IMG/VR virus record: IMGVR_UViG_3300040960_001746
Length of the DNA stretch: 64,000 nt
Source of the DNA: a virus
Direction: 5' to 3' (one strand)
Shown here one piece after another: positions 39,271 through 48,788 of this stretch. Every line of letters begins with the position of its first letter. Positions within the stretch are counted from its first letter, which is position 1. Position numbers and translations under genes: made by a program. Below the pieces are notes generated by a model that worked only from the letters and a program-made list of their open reading frames with translations, searched no databases and had not been told where the DNA came from.

Positions 39271-41700
39271 TTAATCACAAATCCAAGTATCTACTACAGA
39301 ATATGTCAATACAAAAGACCTATAAACATTATATTCAAAAGTTTTGTTATTTATAAATATAGATTTTTGTCCAAAACTTAAGAAAGGTATAACAAAACCA
39401 TTACATCCATCCTCACTATTTTTAATTAAATTAGGTTGTGTATAATCTACAGGTACTAATAAATAACAGTAACCTGGTGTGTTATCGTATTGTATATGTG
39501 TGTTTATAATATTTGTTGTATCTATTTGGGATAATTTATCTAAATCACTTTCAGAAAATGTTTGTGATTCTAATTTACCATAATAAACAATATCATTTTT
39601 ATTATCAATAACATTATTATTATCGTTATTATCGTTATTATCATTATTAGATAATTCTGTTAAGTACATAACCTTACTATTACTAACATTTTGACTAATA
39701 TTAATATTTTTATTATTAATATTAACTTTATCATTTTTAATACTAATAGTATCTTTTACCTCTATTAAGTCACCAAAATCGTATTCTAAACTTTTAGTAA
39801 AAGTTATTTCAAGACTCCCTTTAGGTATCGTAACCATATTATCGACTTGTATTGAACCATGAGTACCGTATTCTAAGTAAGTAGTAAACTCAAAGTCATA
39901 ATCTTCATCAAAAGGTTTATCTAACTCAAAAAGATAATTTAATATTGTAGAACCCGAATCTACAGAAATTGTTATAGTTATTGTTATATCATCCTCTAAG
40001 ATAATAGGTGGTTCATAAGTATCTAAACCAAAATTAGATGTATAAGATGCGTATTCATCTCTTATAGTTGTTATATCTAAACTACAACCATAAAGTTTAA
40101 ATGTCGAAATACCACCCTCAAAAGTACCACTAAAATTTTGTTCTAAAAATAAACTCTTATCTTTTACATCAGGGCCATTCACAGTGTTACTCTCAATCAA
40201 CCCTTGTGTCCCACCACCCAAACTGTAATTAAATGGTACACCTTGTTGTTTTTCTCTATGTTCGTTAAGTTCTTTAAAAATAAATTCATCGAAGTCATCT
40301 AATTTCCATTTAAGGAAACCATTTATATAAACAGTTAATGATCCCTTCCTTTGTGGAATAAAATTTAATTTACAATCTTCGTATGATTCATAAGGTTTAA
40401 ATCTAATTGCAACGTGAGTCCATTCATCTTCATTAATTAAATTAGTGTCACTATAACACTCATTTATGGTTAATCCTGTTAGATATTTTGTAGTTGTAGT
40501 AATCCCAGTTTTAATTCCATCTTCACAACTACATCCACAACCACATTGTTCGTTACAATCAACCGTATAAGTTTCTGTAACTGCGGAACATACACTTGTT
40601 AAATTTACCCTTCTAAAACCAATACTACCATCGTCTTTTATTAAAAAACCTAATGCGTTATCTAATAAATCTATATTACGATCCTTTTCTTGTGTAGTTT
40701 CTGTTGTTATTCCTGTAAAACAACAACACCCTGCGGGTTGATAAACTAAAAAAGGGTTATTATTTAATTCAGTAGTAGTTTCTTTTGGTGGTGGTAAAGG
40801 ATAACCTGATGAGGTTGTATATCCTGTTTCACCACTAAATAAGTCCCAAAACTTATTCTCTGCCCTAGTACCCATATAGAAGAAGAATCCTTTATTATCA
40901 GGATATAAATTATTTAATGTATTACCAGTGCACGATTCAGAACTTTTATTTAAAAGAAATGTTGCAGTCCATCCATCTAAACACGATTTAAGTTCACCTC
41001 CCATACCACCTAATCTTTCGGGTAGTATTTCATAGTTATATGGTATTGGTTTACCATCGTTATAACATTGATACGCCAAATTAGGATTTAAGTCACATGT
41101 TTGTCCTGATGGTACTGTCGTATCTCCAGTACATACGGGTGGACATGTAAACCATTCTAACGGCCAAGTAAATTTATTATCAGAGATTTCCTCAAAATAT
41201 GTTTTATCTGATAACTTAAAGAAACCTTGATAAAAACCACCACATAATTGTGCGTATCTACCTTCCGATGCACCTGATAATATTTCTATAGGATATTCGT
41301 AAGTACATCCTGTAACTCTAGTCATAGAGAATCTTGTATCTGCGGATGTTAATACTAATGTAGAACCTGTGAACGCAGATAAGAAAGTTTGCCCACTTGT
41401 TGATCCTGTACAATCATATAAAATAAACCCATTATCAATACCAGTTAACCCAATATCATTTAGTGTAATCCCACTACCATTAATTGTAGCCCCAGTCCAT
41501 GTTGTTAAACTATATAATGTATCACCTGAAAATGAATTATCATTATTAATATCTATATCTACTAATATACAATCATCTAATATCTGATTATTATCTTGTT
41601 CATCTGTACAATCATAACAAAGAAATAAGTCCCAGTAATCACTGTTACTTAATCTCATTTTCATACAATTGTCAAAATTATGTTGGTAAATGTTACTCAT
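39271..41700 (-). CDS. Cys-rich LamG/ConA-like virion structural protein
   Basis: WT..F.L, WTHVAIRF, VYING.L, LGGG, FEGGISTFK.Y pattern. Confidence 0.55.
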   Translation of the reverse strand: MSNIYQHNFDNCMKMRLSNSDYWDLFLCYDCTDEQDNNQILDDCILVDIDINNDNSFSGDTLYSLTTWTGATINGSGITLNDIGLTGIDNGFILYDCTGSTSGQTFLSAFTGSTLVLTSADTRFSMTRVTGCTYEYPIEILSGASEGRYAQLCGGFYQGFFKLSDKTYFEEISDNKFTWPLEWFTCPPVCTGDTTVPSGQTCDLNPNLAYQCYNDGKPIPYNYEILPERLGGMGGELKSCLDGWTATFLLNKSSESCTGNTLNNLYPDNKGFFFYMGTRAENKFWDLFSGETGYTTSSGYPLPPPKETTTELNNNPFLVYQPAGCCCFTGITTETTQEKDRNIDLLDNALGFLIKDDGSIGFRRVNLTSVCSAVTETYTVDCNEQCGCGCSCEDGIKTGITTTTKYLTGLTINECYSDTNLINEDEWTHVAIRFKPYESYEDCKLNFIPQRKGSLTVYINGFLKWKLDDFDEFIFKELNEHREKQQGVPFNYSLGGGTQGLIESNTVNGPDVKDKSLFLEQNFSGTFEGGISTFKLYGCSLDITTIRDEYASYTSNFGLDTYEPPIILEDDITITITISVDSGSTILNYLFELDKPFDEDYDFEFTTYLEYGTHGSIQVDNMVTIPKGSLEITFTKSLEYDFGDLIEVKDTISIKNDKVNINNKNINISQNVSNSKVMYLTELSNNDNNDNNDNNNVIDNKNDIVYYGKLESQTFSESDLDKLSQIDTTNIINTHIQYDNTPGYCYLLVPVDYTQPNLIKNSEDGCNGFVIPFLSFGQKSIFINNKTFEYNVYRSFVLTYSVVDTWICD

Positions 41701-41712
41701 CTATTTTTTTAA

Positions 41713-43470
41713 TTAAAAGGCAAAATCTAATTGTGCTCTACCCCATCCACCACCGGTTTTCACATAAATATAATTATTATCCCAAGTTATAGTACCAACC
41801 TCACCATTTGTATCACCTGATGATGATGGAGTATATGAACGTCTAACCCTAAGCCCTTTAAACCCAGAAAGTGAGTTATCAATATCTAAATAATTTGTTG
41901 GTGAATCAGTATATATACCCACATAACCTCTAGTCGTACCACTACCTTGTATGTATAAGTCAGGGGTTGTACCGTTAGCGTCTTGTCCAGCATAGAATCT
42001 AATATAATCTTCTGTCCCTGTTCCTTGACTACTTATTATATTTAAACCGTTTTCTTCATTACCTGAATATAAAAATCCATCACCTTGTTTTCCATACCCT
42101 GGGAACGTTGGTTCTGAATTACCTCTATGTCCTAAAGCTATACCAGCATCATCCACATCAGTTATAGAGATTCTAGATAATTGTGCGTTAGTACCTCCAC
42201 TTATTTTTACATTTACACCAGCGGAATTCTCAATATCAGTTAAAAATTTACCACTTGTATTTTCTACTAAAATATCACCACTGACATTTAAATCTGGTGT
42301 ATAAACAGTATCGTCACTAGTTCCTGTTATACCTGAACCACCTAAAACAACACTCCTATCACCAGTTACTAATGAATTTGTTGAGTGTATAAAAGAGTTT
42401 GTTCCCGAAGCTACTGAGTTGTTACCACCAGCGTGAGAACTAGTACCACTAGCTATTGTTTGTAGTCCTTCAGCATGAGAAAAATTACCACTAGCTATTG
42501 TACCAGACCCTTCAGAGTGTGACACATCACCACTAGCGGTTGTACTTTCACCTTGAGCTACTGCGAAGTTACCTGTTGCATCAGTTAAACTACCATTGTT
42601 AACCCTAATAGAACCAAAACCTGATGTACCTGCCGTCCAATAAGGTACATTGTATAAACTACTTAAGTCTATAGGATTTGCAGAACCACCAGTGTTCCAA
42701 CCTAAAATTAAATTACTTCCTGCAGACGGAAGTGTTAACGTACCACCTGTAACATATGTGTTTGTATCTGCACTGGCATTTATCACCCACTCAGCTTCAC
42801 CATTTTCACCAGTTTGCGTTAAAACATAACCTATTGTAGATGCGGATGCACCATTAGTAATTGTAATTTTATTTGTAGTTAATCTACCTTCTACAGACGC
42901 ATCTTCTTTTGAGGAAATATAATCTAAAGGACCTTTATAATCTAAAGTACCTGCAGAGAAGTTTTCTTGCGATGCGGTTGTGAAACCTGAATAAGTAAAT
43001 CCAGTACCAAACTGACTAACATTAAAAAATGAATATGTAACACTATATCCTGTATATTGTGTACCAATAACATAATCACCCGTCATCCCTGTTTGTGTCA
43101 AAGTCCAAAAAGGGCCGACTATCTGTGTATCCGCACTCAATGGTGTGATAGGTAATGTTAAACCTGATGTGTTACCACTAAATAAAGGGTTCGTCCAAGT
43201 TGATGCGGTATATCCACTAAAAATAGGACTGTAGTTTGTTGATCCTGTATTTGCAACGTCAAAAATGGTTGTTCCACTATTACCACTAAATACTGCATCT
43301 TCCGAAGAAACAATACCCAAAGAAACTGTTGTACTCGTGTCTACACCCGTAGGGTATCCACTAAAAGGTATTCCCACTTGTATTTTACCATCAAAAGTGG
43401 CAGTTTCCCCACTTAATATTTTTGCTTGTCTCGCTAAATCTTGTAACGTTGTAAATTTATTTATTGGCAT
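41713..43470 (-). CDS. Fibre-like virion protein with YadA-head-like S/A-H-A-E-G repeats
   Basis: ASG..SHAEG..T.AS repeats; T/G-rich; C-terminal G.ITWD.NYIYV...WGR. Confidence 0.65.
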   Translation of the reverse strand: MPINKFTTLQDLARQAKILSGETATFDGKIQVGIPFSGYPTGVDTSTTVSLGIVSSEDAVFSGNSGTTIFDVANTGSTNYSPIFSGYTASTWTNPLFSGNTSGLTLPITPLSADTQIVGPFWTLTQTGMTGDYVIGTQYTGYSVTYSFFNVSQFGTGFTYSGFTTASQENFSAGTLDYKGPLDYISSKEDASVEGRLTTNKITITNGASASTIGYVLTQTGENGEAEWVINASADTNTYVTGGTLTLPSAGSNLILGWNTGGSANPIDLSSLYNVPYWTAGTSGFGSIRVNNGSLTDATGNFAVAQGESTTASGDVSHSEGSGTIASGNFSHAEGLQTIASGTSSHAGGNNSVASGTNSFIHSTNSLVTGDRSVVLGGSGITGTSDDTVYTPDLNVSGDILVENTSGKFLTDIENSAGVNVKISGGTNAQLSRISITDVDDAGIALGHRGNSEPTFPGYGKQGDGFLYSGNEENGLNIISSQGTGTEDYIRFYAGQDANGTTPDLYIQGSGTTRGYVGIYTDSPTNYLDIDNSLSGFKGLRVRRSYTPSSSGDTNGEVGTITWDNNYIYVKTGGGWGRAQLDFAF

Positions 43471-43530
43471 AACATCATTTTAAAATAAATATTTAGATTT
43501 CCGTTATATTTATATAATAAAACTTTTATT

Positions 43531-44430
43531 ATGAAAAAAACTTTTAAGAAATCTGATATTAATAAATATATGAAATCTAATAGTATTCAAGAACTTGTTA
43601 ATAAAAATGGTTCAATGATAAGTGCAACTAACAATTATGTACAAAATAGAAACCATATTAAGTCTAGAAAAACTTCAGATGACTTTGTAAGAAATTCCAC
43701 ACAAGGACCCGAAGCATATTTTATTTATGGTGGACCTTATTATGGTGTAAATTACTCTTATGTTGTAAATGAAGAGGATGATATATTTGATTTAGATGTT
43801 TATGATGACGAAGATGATAATTATGATGAATTTGAGGTTTTTGATGGTGATATCATAGATTTAGATAATGAAGAAGAAAATGAGTACTATGACGAATTAA
43901 ATGTAGTACCAACAAGAAAGTATAGTAGGGGTGATGAGGATAGAAAAAGAAGAGACGCTAGAAAGTTAGCAGATAGAGATATTAAATCACATTATAATAA
44001 ACCCGCAGATCCAATATATGGTGATTTACCTGTGGATAAATGGAGAGGACATTCTTTAGATTATGATACTGAATTTGATTTTGATTTATCTGAAGGTGAA
44101 GAAAATATGAAATCTTTGGTAGATGAGATTATGATGAGAAAGAAAAATTCTTCTAATGATTTTGTAAAAAAAATGAGAGAACAAGATATTGTGGGTGATG
44201 AGATTAAAATACCTGATGTGTCTGAATTAAAAAATATACATGAAAAACCTATGGTTATTCGTAAATTAAATAGTCTTTTAGATTTAATTAAGAAAGAAAA
44301 TTTAAAAGGTGATGAATTATCCATAGTTTTAAATCATCTTATTAATAATGTAGATATTTATAGTATGGATGAGAGACATAGAGAACTTATCGGAGACAAA
44401 TTAAAATATGGCGAAGAGGAAGGAGAATAA
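43531..44430 (+). CDS. Acidic hypothetical protein, probable head/core protein
   Basis: ATATTTAT at 43506-43513; several (L/V/I)xE motifs; D/E-rich linker. Confidence 0.5.
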   Translation: MKKTFKKSDINKYMKSNSIQELVNKNGSMISATNNYVQNRNHIKSRKTSDDFVRNSTQGPEAYFIYGGPYYGVNYSYVVNEEDDIFDLDVYDDEDDNYDEFEVFDGDIIDLDNEEENEYYDELNVVPTRKYSRGDEDRKRRDARKLADRDIKSHYNKPADPIYGDLPVDKWRGHSLDYDTEFDFDLSEGEENMKSLVDEIMMRKKNSSNDFVKKMREQDIVGDEIKIPDVSELKNIHEKPMVIRKLNSLLDLIKKENLKGDELSIVLNHLINNVDIYSMDERHRELIGDKLKYGEEEGE

Positions 44431-44974
44431 AGGTGGTAATAGTAAATTAAAAGGTAAATCTTGGAGAGTACCTGATTACGCACTTAATGCAATTAGTAAT
44501 GCAGTTAAGACGTATGAAACTTTACAGAAAGAAGATATTGAATCTGAAAATACTACTGAAGGGTATAAAAGGGCGAAAAGTATTTTAGAAGTAAAAAATT
44601 TAAAATACAACCATATGAAAACTATTAAGAGTTGGTTCGATAACTTTGATGGTGATCATAACGACATTGAGTATAGATTACATGGAGGTAAGACAATGCA
44701 CAATTGGGTGGATGGTACTTTAAATAGAGAAAGAGAGGCGGTTAAAGCACCAAAGAAAATAAAGAATGATACAGGTTTAACTAATCAGTTTATTAAAAAT
44801 CACGAAAAAGATAATAATAATAGTATTAGAAATAAATCTACTTTTTCTATACCTAATATGGCGAAAGATATATCAGGACAAATTAAAAGAGGTAAACCGA
44901 TATATGAACCAATGGGTATTACAGAAGAGGTTGAGAGAATGAAAAATTTAATAATATACGAATCTAAAATATAA
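44408..44974 (+). CDS. Hypothetical head-morphogenesis-like protein
   Basis: G..RA..I....L....K.IKSWF...Y.L.GG....WV; C-terminal ITEEVERMKNLI. Confidence 0.5.
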   Translation: MAKRKENKGGNSKLKGKSWRVPDYALNAISNAVKTYETLQKEDIESENTTEGYKRAKSILEVKNLKYNHMKTIKSWFDNFDGDHNDIEYRLHGGKTMHNWVDGTLNREREAVKAPKKIKNDTGLTNQFIKNHEKDNNNSIRNKSTFSIPNMAKDISGQIKRGKPIYEPMGITEEVERMKNLIIYESKI

Positions 44975-44979
44975 AAATT

Positions 44980-45339
44980 ATGAACAAGACAAAATTATCA
45001 GAATTGGGAGATCAATTTAGAGTTGAGAATGTAGTTAAAAACACTTATTTAGATAGTGATGGTAAAAAATATGGTGAAACACATCCTAACGCATTATCTG
45101 ATGGTGACAATAAAGGTAGAGGTACTGGAGGTAATAGTGATCAAATAAACACTATTAATGGTGGTAATGAGATAGACATCAAAGGTAACCCTAATTATCC
45201 AGGTAGTGGTAGAAATCAACTGATAGCAAAAAATGAAGCGAAATATGATACTACTTTAGGACCTAAAGGTTACGGACCAGATAAAACTTACTTAGATTAT
45301 ATCAATAACAATAACGATACACCTAACGTATTCCAATAA
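44980..45339 (+). CDS. Hypothetical G/N-rich virion protein
   Basis: ORF in late operon; HPNALSDGD.KGRG. Confidence 0.5.
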   Translation: MNKTKLSELGDQFRVENVVKNTYLDSDGKKYGETHPNALSDGDNKGRGTGGNSDQINTINGGNEIDIKGNPNYPGSGRNQLIAKNEAKYDTTLGPKGYGPDKTYLDYINNNNDTPNVFQ

Positions 45340-45347
45340 AATAAAAG

Positions 45348-45716
45348 ATGACTCTTTACAACTTAGCAGAAAGTCTTATACTTGAAGTTGCGGGAAGGAA
45401 TACAATTATGGATTGTATGAATGGTAAACGCATCGCAGAAGTTTATTATGACGATGGAGAGGATCCGGGTGGTAAAGGTAAAAGATGGATTCAAATTTAT
45501 TGTTATGGTAAATCTAAGGCGGGTAATGATGTAGTAAGGGTTTATCAGTTAGGTGGTGATACTAAAACAATACAACCAGGATGGAAATTGTTTAGAGTAG
45601 ATAGAATGAATGGTTTAAGAAAATTAGGTGGGCAATTTTATGAACCAAAACCATTGTTTAATCCTAATGGTGATAAAGATATGATACAGATATATAATAT
45701 ATTAAATTTTGATTAA
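45348..45716 (+). CDS. Stand-alone WYL-domain-like protein
   Basis: V.Y.......G.R.I..Y.YG....GN.V.R.YQ.......GWKLFRVDRM. Confidence 0.65.
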   Translation: MTLYNLAESLILEVAGRNTIMDCMNGKRIAEVYYDDGEDPGGKGKRWIQIYCYGKSKAGNDVVRVYQLGGDTKTIQPGWKLFRVDRMNGLRKLGGQFYEPKPLFNPNGDKDMIQIYNILNFD

Positions 45717-45722
45717 AAAGTT

Positions 45723-46274
45723 ATGAGTAATAGATTAGCAGAAATATTAAGTAAATCTAAGGCAGTAATGCAAAAAGCGGAAGAAAATCATGGTTCCACA
45801 AATATGAATAGTGGTGGAGGAAATATGTTTTCTAACCAAGAAAAAGAAATGCCTAATTTAACAGAAAACTATATTAATAACAATAGAAAAACATCTACTA
45901 ATAGTGTTGCACCACAAAATGGTAGATATAGGAATTTAGAAAAATCTAAAATGCCTGATTTTATAAAACAAGCGATGATAGAAAACCCAATAGATATTCC
46001 AGAAACACCTTACCATACATTTGAATTGGATGATGTTGCTGAATTAGTTAATGAAAGTGTACCTACACAACAACCTATGACACAAACAACACCTAAGAAT
46101 GTTGACGTAAATAACATTAGACAGATTGTTAGAGAAGAAATAGAAGATGTTGTGAGATCAGTAGTAGAAGAATATTTAGATAAATCTTTAGTTACTGAAG
46201 ATATTAAAATTAAAATAGGTGATACTATTTTTGGTGGGACATTAAAACCAATACCGAATAAAAAAAGAAAATAA
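45723..46274 (+). CDS. Hypothetical scaffold/core-like protein
   Basis: Multiple LxE/VxE sites; C-terminal I.IGDTIFGG.L. Confidence 0.45.
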   Translation: MSNRLAEILSKSKAVMQKAEENHGSTNMNSGGGNMFSNQEKEMPNLTENYINNNRKTSTNSVAPQNGRYRNLEKSKMPDFIKQAMIENPIDIPETPYHTFELDDVAELVNESVPTQQPMTQTTPKNVDVNNIRQIVREEIEDVVRSVVEEYLDKSLVTEDIKIKIGDTIFGGTLKPIPNKKRK

Positions 46275-46305
46275 AAAGAAACCCTCCGAAGAGGGTTTTT
46301 TTGTT
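46274..46305. terminator. Bidirectional intrinsic terminator
   Basis: aaaccctc-cgaa-gagggttt with T tail, between convergent genes. Confidence 0.9.
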
Positions 46306-46878
46306 TTAGGATAGTTGTTCCTTTAATTCAGAACTACCTTCCACTATTTGCGACTTTGCCAACCAAAAGGTTAAATCTCCAATCTTATCGATTTTTATTT
46401 TTAGAAGTTTTTTAAACACCTTCACATCTTCCTCTTTTTTAACGTAAGGGATACCTAACGATTTAGAACAAACTGGACCCACACCTGTTGCCTGAGATCT
46501 CCAATCTGTTAAATCTTTACCACAACATCTACAAGAAGACACATCAGAAGTAGTCATTTTACCTACCACTTGATACGCCTTAGGTGTCTCCTTTAATACC
46601 TTAGAGATAGTCATAAGGTATGGATTAAACTCTAACTCGTTATCTTCTGCGATTTTCTTAGCGATAAACTTAGTTACCTTAATGTCTACATTTACATTTT
46701 TTACTTCCATAGGAGTTTCTGTTTTTGGTTGATCAAACTTACTGAAGAAGTTACCTGCCGCAGAAAGTTGTTTAGGTGTGAGAGAACCATACTTAGTTAG
46801 TCCACCTTTAAGTGAAAGGATAAAACCATTGTTCCCTTTGTACTCTCTTACTTTTGTTAAAATTACTGAATTTTCCAT
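46306..46878 (-). CDS. DUF6011-like zinc-ribbon early protein
   Basis: CRCCGKDLTD..S...GVGPVC; N-terminal F..SL....KYGSLTPKQ. Confidence 0.7.
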   Translation of the reverse strand: MENSVILTKVREYKGNNGFILSLKGGLTKYGSLTPKQLSAAGNFFSKFDQPKTETPMEVKNVNVDIKVTKFIAKKIAEDNELEFNPYLMTISKVLKETPKAYQVVGKMTTSDVSSCRCCGKDLTDWRSQATGVGPVCSKSLGIPYVKKEEDVKVFKKLLKIKIDKIGDLTFWLAKSQIVEGSSELKEQLS

Positions 46879-46883
46879 AGTTA

Positions 46884-46931
46884 TTTGATTTTGATATTGT
46901 AAAGATACAAAAAATATTTAAACTACCAAAC
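46884..46931 (-). promoter_or_regulatory. Early promoter, Bacteroidota-type (copy 1 of 48-bp repeat)
   Basis: Minus strand TTTG-N19-TATCTTTA; 47/48 identical to 47777-47824. Confidence 0.8.
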
Positions 46932-47017
46932 GATTTAGTGATTTTTTTAAAAATATTTATAGTTCATCTGAAAACCTTTCCTCAAAAAATTTAATGATAC
47001 CTTCTATTTCTTGATCA

Positions 47018-47245
47018 TCAAAATTTATCTTTTTTTATTTCTTTAAACCACCCTCTCATAATATTTAGGGTTTTTGTATCACTCATTGGAACATAAGTTC
47101 TCTCTTTGTCACACCATTGTTGACAATCTTTCTCTCTCTCCCACCAAGTGTATTTGGCGTCCTCATCTGTTTTAAGGTTGTGGATATCCATATACCACTT
47201 TATATACCTATTTCTTAATCTTTCTCTACTTTCTGATATTGTCAT
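47018..47245 (-). CDS. Hypothetical early protein, possibly truncated by frameshift in A7 run
   Basis: ORF; the +1 frame continues KINFDDQEIEGIIKFFEERFSDEL to TAA at 46957. Confidence 0.55.
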   Translation of the reverse strand: MTISESRERLRNRYIKWYMDIHNLKTDEDAKYTWWEREKDCQQWCDKERTYVPMSDTKTLNIMRGWFKEIKKDKF

Positions 47246-47256
47246 AAGAATAGGTA

Positions 47257-47772
47257 TTATGCCGCCACCTCTTCGGTAGCGACATTGTTCATTTTGTATG
47301 CGTAATCTGCGTGAGTCTTAGTACCCATTCTCCTCCAAAGATCGAAATCTACCATCTTCTTCCAAGCGTTGTGCATATTCCCAACTTTAAGATTCAATAG
47401 GAAGGTTTTATCGATACTGTGGAACTTCTTACCTTTTGTCGTTAGAACGTTCAACCAGATACCTTTGTTAGTTTCTGTTGGGTTATCATACTCTACCCAC
47501 ACTTGTACGTTTTCTAAGAACCCATAAGTATCACTAATAAATTCCTTTGGGGTTTGTTCGTAATTAGTTTCTGAAATGATTTGGAAACCTGCCTTACATT
47601 TTGTAATATAACGGAATTTGTATTTTTTATCCTCTTCCATATGGTTAGTTACCATAAAGTCAAATAGTTTTCCTGTGTTGTCTTTTTGGAAGACTCTTCC
47701 GTAATTGAATTTTTTGTCAACTGGGTTGTTGTTCGTTTCGTTGTTTACTCTGATTGCATTTAAATTATTCAT
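47257..47772 (-). CDS. Hypothetical early protein
   Basis: ORF directly behind early-promoter copy 2. Confidence 0.7.
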   Translation of the reverse strand: MNNLNAIRVNNETNNNPVDKKFNYGRVFQKDNTGKLFDFMVTNHMEEDKKYKFRYITKCKAGFQIISETNYEQTPKEFISDTYGFLENVQVWVEYDNPTETNKGIWLNVLTTKGKKFHSIDKTFLLNLKVGNMHNAWKKMVDFDLWRRMGTKTHADYAYKMNNVATEEVAA

Positions 47773-47776
47773 ATTG

Positions 47777-47824
47777 TTTGATTTTGATATTGTAAAGATA
47801 CAAAAAATATTTAAACTGCCAAAC
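47777..47824 (-). promoter_or_regulatory. Early promoter, Bacteroidota-type (copy 2 of 48-bp repeat)
   Basis: TTTG-N19-TATCTTTA; direct repeat of 46884-46931. Confidence 0.8.
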
Positions 47825-47912
47825 TTTTTATTAATTTTTTTTTATCGTAATGATTAAACAGGTGTATTCTATTAAGATTTTTAAGTATTTTATATTTATT
47901 AATAAAAGTATT

Positions 47913-48788
47913 ATGAAAAATGAAATTATAAATTTATATTTAAATGGATATGGTTCACCTACCATTTCGAAAAATTTGGGTATACCTAAAAAAAAAGTTT
48001 TAAAGATTTTAAACGAAAATAATTTAATAAAAAAAAATATTAACGAGGAATATAAAGATTATACGTTAAAAGATGGAAAATGGTATCATCATTATATTTG
48101 CGACACATGTGAAAAAAAAATAGAATGTTACGCACAAAAAAAATTTTTGTTACGAAGGAATTTAAAAAATAAAAAAACTTGTAAACCATGTTCTTTAAAC
48201 AAGCAAAAAGGTGAAAGTAATCCATTTTATGGTAAAAAACATTCTTTAGAAAGTATAAAAAAAATACAATTAAAAACAATAGGTGTTAAACGTAGTAATC
48301 ACACTGATGATCCTGAATATAAAAAAAAGGTTAGTGAGACAAAAAAGAAATTATGGAGAAGTGGTAAGATGGAAAAAACGAGAAAAAAATTAAGTAATCT
48401 TATGAAAGAAAGACATCGTAAAGGAGAATTAAAAAGTTTTAATATATCTAAAGCAGAAAAAGAAATAGTAAATAATCTTAAGAAAAATGGTATAGAGTGT
48501 GTACATAGTTTTAGGGTAGACAGTAAAATATTCGATATTTATATCCCATCACTTAATCTATTAATTGAGTATAATGGTGATTACTGGCATTGTAATCCAG
48601 CAAAATACGAACCTCACTATTATAACCATAAAAAAAATAAAACTGCGATGGAAATATGGGAATATGATAAACATAAACTTTACTTAGCAAAAAAAGAAGG
48701 TTATAATTGTGAAGTAATATGGGAAACCGATTACAAAAAAAATAACTCTATAATATTTGAGATAATAAAAAATTATGAACAAAACTAA
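47913..48788 (+). mobile_element. Free-standing homing endonuclease (HTH, Zn ribbon, NUMOD3, VSR/DUF559-like nuclease)
   Basis: LY..GY....ISK.LGI; CDTC/CKPC; GESNPFYGKKHS; FDIYIP..NLLIEYNGDYWHCNP...IWE.D. ATATTTAT at 47892-47899 supports start 47913. Confidence 0.85.

Noticed and set aside
17629-43470. Diversity-generating retroelement or invertase-based fibre switching
   Set aside because: No reverse transcriptase, no TR/VR pair with A-specific mismatches, and no recombinase or inverted sites noticed in this window.
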